Shown here in pieces: positions 1-11,283 of a DNA stretch of 31,798 nucleotides. A program made the position numbers and the translations under genes. How positions within the stretch are numbered: position 1 is the first letter of the stretch; each line of letters begins with the position of its first letter. This stretch comes from Macrostomum lignano (lineage: Eukaryota), in the NCBI GenBank assembly GCA_002269645.1, contig NIVC01003308.1, forward strand, positions 1 through 31,798, written 5' to 3'. The notes under the pieces are model-generated. The model had not been told where the DNA came from. It did no database searches and saw only the letters and a list, made by a program, of their open reading frames with translations.

Positions 1-553
1 CCCGCCCTCAGATTGCCGTATTTGCTAAAAATAGACACGAGCCCACTGGGCGCTGTTCCCCGTCCTCAGATTCTAATTGTTGCTAAAAATAGACAAATCC
101 TCTGGGCCACCCTTCCCGCCCTCAGACTCTGTTGCTAAAAATATACACGAGCACTCTGGGCCGAGGCTTCCCGCCCTCAGATTGCCGTTTTTGCTAAAAA
201 ATAGACACGAGCCCACTGGGCGGGGCTTCCCGCCCTCAGATTGCCGTATTTGCTAAAATAGACACGAGCCCACTGGGCGGGGCTTCCCGCCCTCAGATTG
301 CCGTATTTGCTAAAATAGACACGAGCCCACTGGGCGCTGTCCCCGTCCTCAGATTCTAATTGCTAAAAATGACAAATCCTCTGGGCGCCCCTTCCCGCCC
401 TCAGACTCTGTTGCTAAAAATAGACACGACACTCTGGGCGCGGCTCCCGTCCTCAGATTCCTTGTTGCTAAAATTGACACGAGCCCACTGGGCGGGGCTC
501 CCCGCCTCAGACTCTCCTTGTTGCTAAAAATAGACACGAGCCCTCTGGGCGCC
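1..553. repeat. ~58-bp minisatellite (about 9.5 units visible; array runs off the window start)
   Basis: Head-to-tail unit TTCCCGCCCTCAGATTGCCGTATTTGCTAAAAATAGACACGAGCCCACTGGGCGGGGC with variant units (GATTCTAATTGTT, GACTCTGTT) and variable A-run lengths. Confidence 0.95.
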
Positions 554-575
554 GATACCCATACCCACACCCCAG

Positions 576-923
576 ATTCGGCAGCAACGACGGCAGCAGC
601 GACCACAGCGGCAGCGCCGAGTTTCTCTCGTCGCCGCAGCAGCAGCCGCCGCGTCAGCGCCGCTACCTGAAGAAGAGCGGCTCCGCCTCTCGCGCCATTC
701 GTCCGCCGGGCTGCTTCTTCCAGGACCCGCTGCCGCCACTCCGCAGACGCCGCAGCCGCTGACGGATCAACAGCAGCCCGGCCCTGTCCAGCGAGGAACA
801 GCAGCGCCGCTGTGGCGCCGTGGCATCCTCGCCTCCGACGGCGACAGTACCAGCGTCGGAGGCAACGCCGATGGCGACGACTGCTGCTTCGAGGAGGCCT
901 CCGATAAAAGTACTTTTCTGTGA
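576..923 (+). CDS. Probable terminal coding exon of an unknown gene starting upstream of the window (low-complexity, Q/R/A/P-rich)
   Basis: GC-rich island after a CACACCCCAG acceptor (AG at 574-575). The phase-0 frame is open for 116 codons (IRQQRRQQRPQ...EEASDKSTFL) to TGA at 921-923. Other frames and the opposite strand are also partly open, so frame and strand are uncertain. No recognisable domain. Confidence 0.3.
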   Translation: MRQQRRQQRPQRQRRVSLVAAAAAAASAPLPEEERLRLSRHSSAGLLLPGPAAATPQTPQPLTDQQQPGPVQRGTAAPLWRRGILASDGDSTSVGGNADGDDCCFEEASDKSTFL

Positions 924-964
924 TACCTGGCATGTCCTGTCCTATTCTAACTCTCCGACTCGGT

Positions 965-1630
965 CTAATCTCTTTTATATACTCTCTCTCCTGTCTCATC
1001 TAATCTCTCATGTCTCATCTAATCTCTCATGTCTCATCTAATCTCTCGTCTCATCTAATCTCTCCACTGTCTCATCTAGTCTCTCCACTGTCATCAATCT
1101 CTCACTGTCTCATCTAATCTCTCATGCTCATCTAATCTCATGTCGCATCTAGTCTACACTGTTTCATCTAATCTCTTCACTGTCTCATCTAATCTCTCTC
1201 CTGTCTCATCTAGTCTATCCACTGTTTCATCTAATCTCTTCACTGTCTCATATATCTCTCCCTGTCTCATCTAATCTCTCTCTGTCTCATTAATCTCTCG
1301 CCTGTCTCATATAATCTCTCGTCTGTCTCATAAATCTCTCTCTGTCTCATCTAATCTCTCTCGCTGTCTCATCTACATGTAATCTCTCTCATGTCTCATC
1401 TAACTCTCCCTATCTCATCTAATCTCTCCACTGTCTCATCTAACCTCTTGCCTGTCTCATCCAATCTCTTCCCTGTCTCATCTAATTCTCTCTTCCCTGT
1501 CTCATCTAATCTCTCTTCTCTGTCTCATCTACTCTCTCCCCTGTCTCTTATAATCTCTCTGTCGTGTCTCATCTCTCTCCTGTTCAATGTAATCTCTATC
1601 CTATGTTTCATCTCATCCCTCCTGTCACAT
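965..1630. repeat. Degenerate pyrimidine-rich tandem repeat (core CTGTCTCATCTAATCTCT)
   Basis: Dozens of imperfect TCTCATCTA(A/G)TCTCT copies of variable unit length. Confidence 0.9.
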
Positions 1631-2682
1631 CTAAAGCCCAATCTGTTCCCACTCACCATATATTTACGCATCATCAGTAGACGCTGCACAATCAAGCAAC
1701 TTTATTCGTACTTCTGTGTTCGATGCTCGCATCTGTGATTTGGTTTATAAAAGATGTATTTTTATTTTGAGCCGATATTTTTGTTGTTATTTGAAGTCTG
1801 CCTCAGCCTGTTCGCATTCTAGTCACAAATCTAGTAGCATGTGTGAGCTTTATTGCGCCATTTTATTTCCATTCAATATTTTTTAGAAAATTATGAAAGA
1901 TTTTTTTCATCTCTCGCCTGACTTTCGGGTCTTCCTCAGTTTGCGCTGGACTTTTGTTAGACTGATGCAGTTTTATTTTTCTTTTTTTTCAAAAAAATAG
2001 AGTAGATTTGCTTATTTTCAGCTGCTTCTACTCATAGTAGAGCGAACGGGATACGCAAATATATTGTCAGTGTTGTTTGCTTCCGTAGAAACTCCGACCC
2101 TGACTCAATCCCCAATTTGACCATCTGAATTTTCGTTCGGCTTCTTGACTGCATTTTGTTTTATTAATTATGATAATTCTTGTTCAACTTAAGTCGTGAT
2201 TGTTCTATTTTTTCTGTTAATTATTTTTTTGTTCAGATATGTACTACATGTACTACTAAACCCAATCAGTCAGCTTATTTAGCAATTTATTCTTATTTTA
2301 ATTTCCTTTAATATTGCTATGGTCTGCTTCAGTTAAATTTTGAGTGTATAAATAAATCAAATCAATTTTGCTAATTAATCACAGCTTGTTGACTGGGCAG
2401 ATTTTTTTCACAGAATTAAACATAATTAAAAAAGACATTGTTTTGTTTCATTTTTGTATACAATACTACTAATTAAAGTGGTGCAGAGTAGCAAAAGCAG
2501 GACAGGCTTTGTATATTTTATTTTTCAACGCGGATTAACAAAACATGGTTAATTTTAACTAGGCAAGCGTAAGGACAGAATAATTAAAAATACGTTTACA
2601 CAGAATGTTCTTCTCTTAAAAACACGGTACTGTATACAAACAGTAGTTTTTTTTTAACTCGATTGGGCCACTCCTCCACTTT

Positions 2683-3129
2683 TCATATCGTCCGTAACTG
2701 AGACTACTCTTAAGGAGTAGTATTATTTGCATATAGCTGGCTAAACTTATTTGCGCATGAAACTTAACTCGTAAAATGGAAGCCGCACGCTCACGCAGGG
2801 CCTTATCATCAGGCATGTACACTCACTGTGACTTGGCCCACCACGCCTCTCCTGAAGAGAGTTTGGTCGGTGAAGTATACCCTGAAAATTACTGATTTCT
2901 TATGAAGCCATGCCCTAACAGAATTCTAAGAAAGCAATCATTGAAATCCTTTCGCATTGTCTGCGTAGCGTACAGGTTATGCTAATTAGCACTGTGATTT
3001 TTAGTACCAGGTAGATACCACAAGAAGTACCTAGATAGTAACACAAGCCCCAATGGAAAGATATACTTTTCCACTACAAAATATAACTGGTCCTCAGAGT
3101 AGCGAAAAAGCATTTTGAAGTGACGATAT
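2683..3129 (-). CDS. Small 3' exons 3129-3031, 2881-2827 and probably 2697-2683, encoding a further ubiquitin-like segment; likely the end of the large gene to the right
   Basis: GT-AG and phase-consistent: ctgtag|A TAT...TCT AG|gtactt, then ttttcag|G GTA...GTC ACA|gtgagt, then ctcag|TTA CGG ACG ATA TGA. Joined: YRHFKMLFRYSEDQLYFVVEKYIFPLGLVLLSRVYFTDQTLFRRGVVGQVTLRTI*. LVLLSRVYFTDQTLFRRGVVGQVTL falls in gap-free register with ubiquitin [25 protein letters not shown]. An alternative last acceptor lies at 2709/2708. Confidence 0.5.
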
Positions 3130-3165
3130 CTACAGGTACATGCAGTTATCACTGAATCTATTAGT

Positions 3166-6100
3166 TCAGGCAAGCAGCAACACGTAGAGCTCCCGTGCAC
3201 TTATCTGGGCAGACCCGGCAGCATCTGCAGCACCAGAAATCCCTGACTGTCGGCCAGGCTTCCCAGCGAGCCGTCGCACTTGCTGCTGCTCCAACTGGCC
3301 GCAGCTGAAATCCACCACCTCCACCGCCGCTGCGACGCCGCTCGCCAACTCGGCCGAAAGTCGGTCGCGGAACTCGCCCAGCCCGATGCGGCCGGGCAGC
3401 CGCTGTACAGCCGGGCCGCTCCGTTCGGATCGCGGACGAACACGGACACAATGGCGCCGCCGTCGGTGCCGCTGCTGTCGGTGGAGTCCGACGCCTGCAG
3501 GCAATGCAGCCGGCGAAGGTTGCCGCCGTCGCCGCCGGGTTCGAGTTCGACACTATCCAGCTGAGTGTCGGGTTCGAGGACGACAACTGGCGTCGAGGCC
3601 GCATCGGTTGATGCCGACGGCGGCGGGAGCCAAGCAAGCCGAAGCGGTGGCTCCTCGCTGCTGTCGACGAGATCCGCGGCCAGTTGGTGCGCCGCCGCAG
3701 CAGCCTCACTCGTTGTCAGGCCTGGACGCAGGGGCACGACAAACTCGTAGTTGGGTCTGACGGCGATCTGCACCACCGGCTGGTCCGGCCCGACCGCCTC
3801 CAGGCTGCTGGTTGATGTCACCGAGTAGTCGGCGAGCCGGCGACTGTCGCACAACACGCGGCCGCGCAGCGTCAGGGTTTGGTCGTAGGGCCGTGGGCCA
3901 CCGAGACGGTGAACGAGAGACTTCAGCGTGCCGATCTGCAGGTCTGGTTCGGCGAACAGCGCCAAATTTTGTCGCCGACGCGAACTCGCAGATCAAAGTG
4001 GCTTGGTCCGGTCGCTTGTAGGACGTCGTCTTTGCCCAGGCCGAGTCGGACGAGTTCCCGAGCGTCATCAAGCAGTCGGTCACCCATGGCAATGCGCAGC
4101 TGGTCAAAGTCGGCAGTCTTGCTGGCTCTGTCGGTACCGTGGAGCTTCATTCGGAGCGTCCGCACCGTCGCGTTACGCGGCATCGTGACCGGCAGGAAGC
4201 TGTTGCGGTGTAGCACGGTGCACTTCACCAGCTGGTCGGCGCACAGTCGGAGCACACAGGCGTCACTCAGCTCGTAGTGCCGCAAAGTTCGTCCCCTATT
4301 GAGCTGCCTGTTGCCGAATTTCAAACGCAGGCACTGCGAATCCAGCCCTGTGGCTCGGCTCACCTTTGACAGCAGGTCTTCCACGCGAGTGTCCGCGTCG
4401 AGCGTTGCGACAGCGGCTTGGCGCGCAGGCGCCCGACATCGATGGTGACGCGGATTCGCTGGCGCTGACTCCCTGATGGTGGCTGCTCATCTTTCGATTG
4501 CTTAGCAGCTGCTGAAGCTGACGAACTCTCAGCTTTGGTCATGCTGGACTTCGTTTCTGGGGATCGCTTCGTCTGCGTCGCCTTATGACCGTTTGGCTCG
4601 CTGAACTCCTGCCGAATCTTTGTTGCTTGAGCCGCCGATTCCAGCATGGCTTTGGCTCTCTCGGTGGAGCTGATCAACTCAGATTTGGCCTCTCTAGCCA
4701 GCTGTTCCAGATCCCAAATAGTTCCTTGTGGAACTGTCATCGTACTTGATTTGACAGGCTCCTGGTCGGCTTGGGCTCGACCGGACACTCGATTAGTCCA
4801 GTCTCTCAGCTCGCTGTCTGTGATGATCCGCTGCTTCAACGACGGCGGCACCGGCTGCTGTTGCGGGGTGGTTGAGTAACTGGGCAGCACAGGCGGCCTG
4901 TCTACCGTGATTCGCTCAGCTCTGCAGGAAGACAGAGAGCGCACACTGGACGGCGTACTTGATGCCGAGTTGAAGTCTTCCGGCCGATTGGAGAGCAGAC
5001 CAGCCTGCCGCAGGAGCGACTCTGTGTTTTGACCGGCGTCTGGCGGCAGGATTCGACTGAAACTCGACGGTCCAGGTCGTCGGAGCTCACCTGTCAGAAA
5101 CTGTATCGGCACGCGGCGGTTGACTGGCGCCACTGGCTGCGTTCGAGGCGGCGTCAGCGGCTCAATGATTGAACTCCGATCATCCGACGCTGTAGATGCC
5201 GGCGCCAAAGGAGAAATCGGGGGTCTGGCGCGGGGTCCTCTGCTGGCCAGCTTTCGTCGAACTCCGGCTGCTAGAAGCTTTTCAACTCGCTCCACAGCAG
5301 CTTCGCTGGGGGTTGGCGAATCGGTGGCCCGGATAAGACTTCGGCTGCGTCTGGAGAGGGGCGCACTGCCTACACGACCCCGACTGTGTCCGCTGGCCGC
5401 AAAGTCACGGTCGAGCAGCTCGTTGTGCTCGAAATTGACAGCGAGTTCCTGCTCCGAGTACTGATCCGACGGAGTTGGCAGGTCCGATTCGGCGTCAGCC
5501 ATCAACCAGTGCGAGCTATTTGCCAGCTCGGGAGACTTGGTTGCAGCCCTGCGAAGCCGCCTCAAGTTGGCCAGCTCCGCCATCAGTTCGCTCTCACCGT
5601 CGTTCATGAGCTCCTCAATAGCGTCGAGCTCCGCCTCAATCTCGGAAGTTGTCAATCCCTGGCGTTTCTGTACGTCACCTTTGCTGAGTTCCAACAGGGC
5701 CAGAAGTTCTTCCCGGTCCCACCGTGATAAAGGATGCTCTGATGGTTGCTGGGGAAGCTCAGTCGAGTCCTCAGACGCCTCGTAGTACCTCAGATGAAGT
5801 GGGAATCCCAGCTGTTCGGCACCATCATCCAGGTGGGGCTCTGATGCAGCATGAAGGTTGGCAGGTCCCTGGAACTTCATAGGATCGGAGGAGTGAAATT
5901 CATGTCCTTCGTCTGGGCGATCTTTTCCATGACTTTCATCTAGAAGCGGAGGCTGCTTTTTGCTGGAATCTTCCTCCGGCGCTTTTTCTGGCTTTGTCTG
6001 TGTGCAGCGGTCGGAGCTGGTGGGCCTGGGCTCGGTCTGGAACGACCTGGATTCCAGAGTTCGCTGCCTGCTGCGTCGGCCGCTATCTGGAGGCTCATCA

Positions 6101-9100
6101 ACGCAAACGTGAGAATCGACAACTGTCTTCGAGGCTCGGTCCGGCTTTCCGTTAGATAAATCCGACGATCCCGATGGCTCGTCCCAGCCTCCAGGGAGCA
6201 GATCGTCGGGATCCACCACTTTTTTCCAGGTCTTCTTCGTGTCATCGCTGGGTTTCTCTTCTACTAGCGATGCCAGGCTGTCCCGGCTTGCTGGGGGTCG
6301 CGCTTGATCAGGGATGTTAAAAAGCGGCTCGCTCTCCTCCTCTGCGTCCTGAGTTGATGTTGAAATATCAGCCATCTGCGGAGCGGGCACTGGTACGCTC
6401 GGCTGCTCCTTGGATTCGTCGTCACTTTTGCGCTCCGTTTCGGTGCCCACTTCGCTCACTAAAGGTTGAATTCGAACGGAGCCGTGCCGGCTGAAGTCCG
6501 CCAGCAAGTCCAAAGTGGTGGCGAATGCGTCCTGCTTGGATGGTAGCGGAAGCGTCTTCGCAGCTTCATCGTCCGACGCTTTCGATTTTGGCACGGTGGA
6601 CGGGGTCTGTTCGGACAGTCGTCTGGCCCTGGCCGGATGCGAATGCCTCGGACCCAGCATGCCACAGACATCACAGAAAAATTCTTCCGGCTTCTGGATG
6701 CTTTGATCATCCGAGCGAGCCCGAATGCCAGAGCTGATGTAGCTCTTTGGCTCTGGAGCCGGGGGCTCATCGGGTGCTGGAACATCGGGCTTTGCAACTG
6801 CCTTCTTTTGACCGAGAATAAAGTCGTCTTCTTTCATTGGTTCTGCGTCAGTTGCCATGTCCTTATACCTTTTAGCAGGCTTTGGCTTCTCTTGTGGAAC
6901 TTCGGATTTGTCAGAACCGACGGCAGCCACCGCCGCTTGTGGCGTTGGCTGCTTGGAAGCTGCGCTTCGCCCTCTCCTACTGTAACGAGGCCCCAGCTTA
7001 GGGGCCGGAGTGAACCTCTTGCCGGCATGTCGGTGCACGTAGCGCTTTTTCTTCCGCAGTACCACCGTCTTGCGGCCGCCGTACAAAAGGGCAGGAATTT
7101 TACCGCGTAGCAGCGTCCGTCCAAGCGCGTCTTCGTACATTTGGCGCCATCGGTTGCTACTGGACTCTTCCTCAGGACCAGAGCCTTTTGAGGGGCCTGT
7201 CTTTGTGCCGGGACTCGACGCCGAGCTTGAACTTGAACTTGAACTTGAACTCGAGCTGCTCGATTTGCTCGATTTGCTCGACTTGCTACCCTCCTTTCTG
7301 CTGGCGTTTGGCTTCTTATCCTCCTTTGCTTGGCTTTCATCCACTGAGGATTGGTCGTCTAATGGCTGGAAACCCTTGGGATGAGGCCCGTCCTTGTCTC
7401 CTAAGTCGGAGGGCAGAAGGACTGGTTGTTTTGTTTCGTCAGCTGCGGCTTCAGCGTCGGAGTCAGGCGGCGCTGTCGGCTCCTCCCTGTCCCCTGTGTC
7501 GCTGAGTTTGCTTCGGTACGACGGCGGTTTCCGAGGTTTATCGTCCCGTCTGCCCGGTTCGGAAGGTACAAATATTGGCACGGGCATCGGCAGGCCACCC
7601 TCTGCGTCCTTCTTCTTTTTCCTCTTTTTATCCCGCTTGGCTTCGTCAGAGTCGCCAGCAGCGACGCGGCTCCTCGGGCGCTTGGTTGGTGCAGCTTTCC
7701 CACCATCGTCAGCTCCTCCACCGCTGTCAATCTGCAGCTCTGGGGCCTCCTTGCCGCCCTCATGCTGGTCATGCTCTGCGCTTTCATCGTCAGCGTGTGA
7801 ATCTGCCTGCGCCTGGTGCCTCCGTAGTCGCGGCGTCGGGCTGGGACCCCGGCGCGGCGCCTTCGGCGTTTCGTCATCTGGCGGTTGGGGCGTGAGTCTT
7901 CTTCGAGATGGAATCGGAGGTCCGGGGGGCTCCTTGCCACCCTGAATCGCGTCGCGCTCCGTGGGTGGCTCCGTAGGCCGAGCTTCCTGATTTGGTTGGC
8001 TCGGCGGGACAATCACACCCACTCCAGACGCTCCAATTATGCCACCTCCAATGCCTGCAGCTCCAGCTGCAGCCGCCGCCGCGGCCGCCATCTTGCCCCC
8101 GCCACCCGGCTTGGGTTCCTCGTCCGAGCCATCTTCCAACCCTCTTCCTCCTCGCGGCCTCAGGTTTGACTTAACGTCGTATTCGTCAACCGATTCTTCA
8201 GCTGGTGAGTCATGATGTTCGTCTTCGTCCGCTTCGGGCAACTCTTTGCCGCCCTGTTGATGCACAGTCTCCTTTTCTGGCTCGTCGGGCGTTTCCGCGG
8301 TCACAACATCTTTGCGCCCTCGCTTGCCCTTGACGTGGTCCCACAGCTTCTTGCCGCCAACGCCAGCCGCAACTCCCCCGCGGCACCGGCCACGGCTCCG
8401 GCCAGACCCTTGCCTCCGGGGCCCAGCAGGCCTGCCAGCTTGCTGGATTTGGAGCCGCCTTTGCCGCCGCTGTCGTCTCCGCTGCCACCACCGCCATCGC
8501 TATCGCCGCCGCCTCCAGGCTGTTGTTGCTGCTGCTGCACGATGGTCTTCAGAGTCTGCGGGGCCGCTCCGCCGGCCGCTTTGCCCTTCTTTTTACCAAA
8601 CAGTTTGCTGCCAAGGTAGACCGCTCCGGCACCCACGGCCGCGGCTGCCCCGTATTTAAGAGCGGTCTTCAGAACGCCTCCTTTCTTGTGCTTCTTGCCG
8701 CCGTGACCGCCGCCGCCGCCGCCGTGAGAGCCGTGGCTGTGCGAGCTGCCACTGCTGGAGCTGTGACTGCGCGAGCTGCGACTTCGATGGCTGTGATGAG
8801 AACGGCTGCTTCGACGACTGCGGCTGCTGCGCCGGCTGTGTCGGCTTCTGTTCGAGTCGCCAGAATCCCGCCTTCGTCTGTCTCTGTCGCGACGGTCGTC
8901 CTGCTGCTGCTGCTCCTGCTGCTGATTGCCGCTGCTTCCTGCAACCGCGATTGCCGTGGCGCCGCCGGCACCGGCGAGAACACCGGCTCCAGCGGCTCCA
9001 GCGGCCCCAGCAGCACCTCCGGGCACACCGCCACCGCCACTGCCGCCGTCGTTTCCACCGCTTGGCACTTGTGCCGCGGCGCCTGGTTCCGGAGCCCCCG

Positions 9101-10733
9101 ATCCAGCGTCTTCAGCGTTCGGCTGCTCGCCGCCACCAGAGCCTCCGCCGCCGCCACCAGTGCTACCGATGCCACCTTCAGGGCCCCCTCCGCCCTCGTC
9201 ACCGCCACCGCCTCCATTGCCGGAGCTCCGCGGCTCAGGAGTTTGGTCGTCGGCTGCTCCTCCAGCATCTCCGGTCTCACCAGCGCCTCCATCGCCTTCG
9301 ACACCTCCCTCGCCTCCGCCGCGTCCGCCACCTCCGCCGTCAGCATCGCCGCCGCCTCCAGACGGGTCGGCGGGAACAAACGGAGTCACCCGACCCGGAG
9401 GCTCTTCGTCGCCTTCCTCTCCTTCTCCGCCACTGTCGTCATAGGCTGCGGCCCTGGGCATCGGCATGTCCGGGCCGCCTTCATCTTCGCCTCCTCCTTC
9501 GCCACCTCCTTTGTCCTCACCTGTGCCGCCACCGCCGCCGCTGTCATCGTCAACCCCGCCCGGACGGAACGGTATCGGTCTAGGCAAGTCAGCGTCGTCA
9601 TCATATCCCCCATCTTCGTCTCCCGCTACTCCACCACCACCACCGCCACCGCCTTCAAGATGTTCTTCATTGTCGTCATCCACGTCACTGCTCGGCTGGT
9701 CGTTCCAGCCGCGGGGCTGCGGTTCTCCTTCTCCTTCACCGTCGCCTTCGCCCTTGCCTTCGCCTTCGCCCTCATCCTCGCCTCCACCGTCATCAGCATC
9801 TCCAGAGCCTTCAGGCATGAAGCCGCCCCCTCCACCGTCGCCGCCGCCGCCCTCTCCACCGTCATCGTCGGAGATGTAGATTGAGTCACCTTCACTAGCT
9901 GAGCCTCTCCTCCGTCTCGGTCTGGGAGGTCCGCCGCCGCCTCCACCGCCGTCTTCTCCTCCGCTGTCCTCTTCGTCGCCGATATAGAAGCCGAAGCCGC
10001 CCGTCGGCCGGTTGTCTGGCAGGCCGTGCGGGAACAGCAGCGGCAGGCCGAAGTCGTGCTCGTCGCTGAAGTCGGATCCGGTCTCGTCGGCGATTTTAGC
10101 GTCGCTGGCCCGCGGCTTTGGAGGCTCCGGCAGGTTCGGCCGCTGCCTGTGCGGCTTCACCGGCAACCGGGGCACCGGCAGCGGTGTCACCGGCGTCGGC
10201 TCGTCGAGCTCCGGCAAGCCGCATTGGTAGTCTGGCACCGACAGCTCCTGCGTGAGCTCGTCTCCGTCGCGCAGCTTCAATTCGGCCACCGTCCGAGTGT
10301 CCGGCAGCGTTGGCTGACCCTGGCCGGGGAGCCGCAGCGTCTGCACGCCCGCCGGTATGCCATCGTAAAACTCAATGAGCTGCTTGATGTCGAGCACGGA
10401 GTTGCCGGGCTCCAGGAACAGGCTGCACCGGTCGCCGCGCGGATGCCTGATGAAGATCTCGAGCCACTCGGTGACTCGCAGCATCAACTGCAGCTCGGCT
10501 CCGGGCCTCAGGCCGCACTCATCCAGCGTCCGGCTCGGATCCAGCGCGGCACCGTTATAGCGCAGCGCCTGCAGCGCCGGTGGCACCCGCGCCAGCGCCG
10601 GCACCTGCAGGGCGATGTGCTGCGCCAGGGCCGTCAGCGGCAGTCGCACCTGCCGTTTCTGGCCGATGAAGCCGCGGACGCTGAACTCGATGGCTTCATC
10701 GATGTCCACGAGTGAGTCGCCGGTCGAACTCAT
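3166..10733 (-). CDS. Giant multi-ubiquitin-like-domain protein with a ~2,000-aa disordered middle (~2,520-2,560 aa after repairing 4 frameshifts; frameshifted as assembled)
   Basis: Track ORFs 8301..10733, 4360..8304, 3923..4384, 3201..3965 and 3166..3504 overlap in successive -1 frames and join into one reading frame. N-terminal Ubl motifs: LRYNGAALDPSRTLDECGLRPGAELQLMLR and LEIFIRHPRGDRCSLFLEPGNSVLDIKQLIEFYDGIP. C-terminal Ubl motifs: LRLKFGNRQLNRGRTLRHYEL, LRIAMGDRLLDDARELVRLGL and QTLTLRGRVLCDSRRLADYSV. Confidence 0.75.
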
Positions 10734-11283
10734 GCTGCCCCAGCTCTGAGCAGTGCTTAGTTGAGAAGCCGCTCAGTCAGGTGTTAAAATACAGTTGCAG
10801 GGGTGAGGGGGTCAGGAATGAACGAGTCGAGCCATCATCTGTTGAGCACTGTTGGCATGGCAACCTTTCTGCCTCTCTGCTCGCCCCCCCCCCCCCAGCG
10901 CAGGTTGCTTCTACGCGCGTACATTCATGAGCAGAGTGCTGGGGTTGGCGGAGGGTCCGAGCCTTCGCCCGGGTCTTAAAATTGCACCTCTCTGCCCAAG
11001 CTTGTGCTCATTTTTCTCTTCTGGCCAAAGCGCTGCTTTCTTTTGTTCCTCCGACTCGAAGTGGGCGGGCAGTGCATCTTTCGAAAAAGTTATACAAGTA
11101 AATTTCCAGAATTTTTGATACCTAAAAAATAGCGGTTTCGATACCATAGCCTACTTACTAGTAGCGTAGTGTGAAGAGGATTCTGAAGAAAAAATAATAT
11201 ATCAGGTTTAATTAACTTCTTTCATGTCTATTTAAGTAGTTACAAGTTAAGTATTTAAATAATTATATATATGTATAGTTCAT

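Noticed and set aside
1-553. CRISPR-like appearance of the 58-bp palindrome-containing repeat
   Set aside because: Units are head-to-tail with no unique spacers, no cas genes are present, and the context is an intron-containing animal genome.
349-999. Minus-strand 216-aa ORF
   Set aside because: It runs through repeat DNA at both ends, has no domain, and is best explained as the stop-poor antisense of a GC-rich patch.
3964-8379. Programmed -1 ribosomal frameshifting as the cause of the split Ubl gene
   Set aside because: There are no in-frame X XXY YYZ slippery sites, four serial shifts would give negligible full-length product, and homopolymer error is the simpler explanation. It is kept only as an alternative pending resequencing.
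8523-9884. 453-aa antisense ORF and other nested ORFs over the Ubl gene
   Set aside because: Very GC-rich Gly/Asp/Glu codon repeats lack stops on the opposite strand; the products are A/T/V-biased with no domain.
3166-10733. Polyubiquitin or conjugatable modifier precursor
   Set aside because: The units are highly divergent from ubiquitin and from each other, and none ends in a Gly-Gly cleavage motif.
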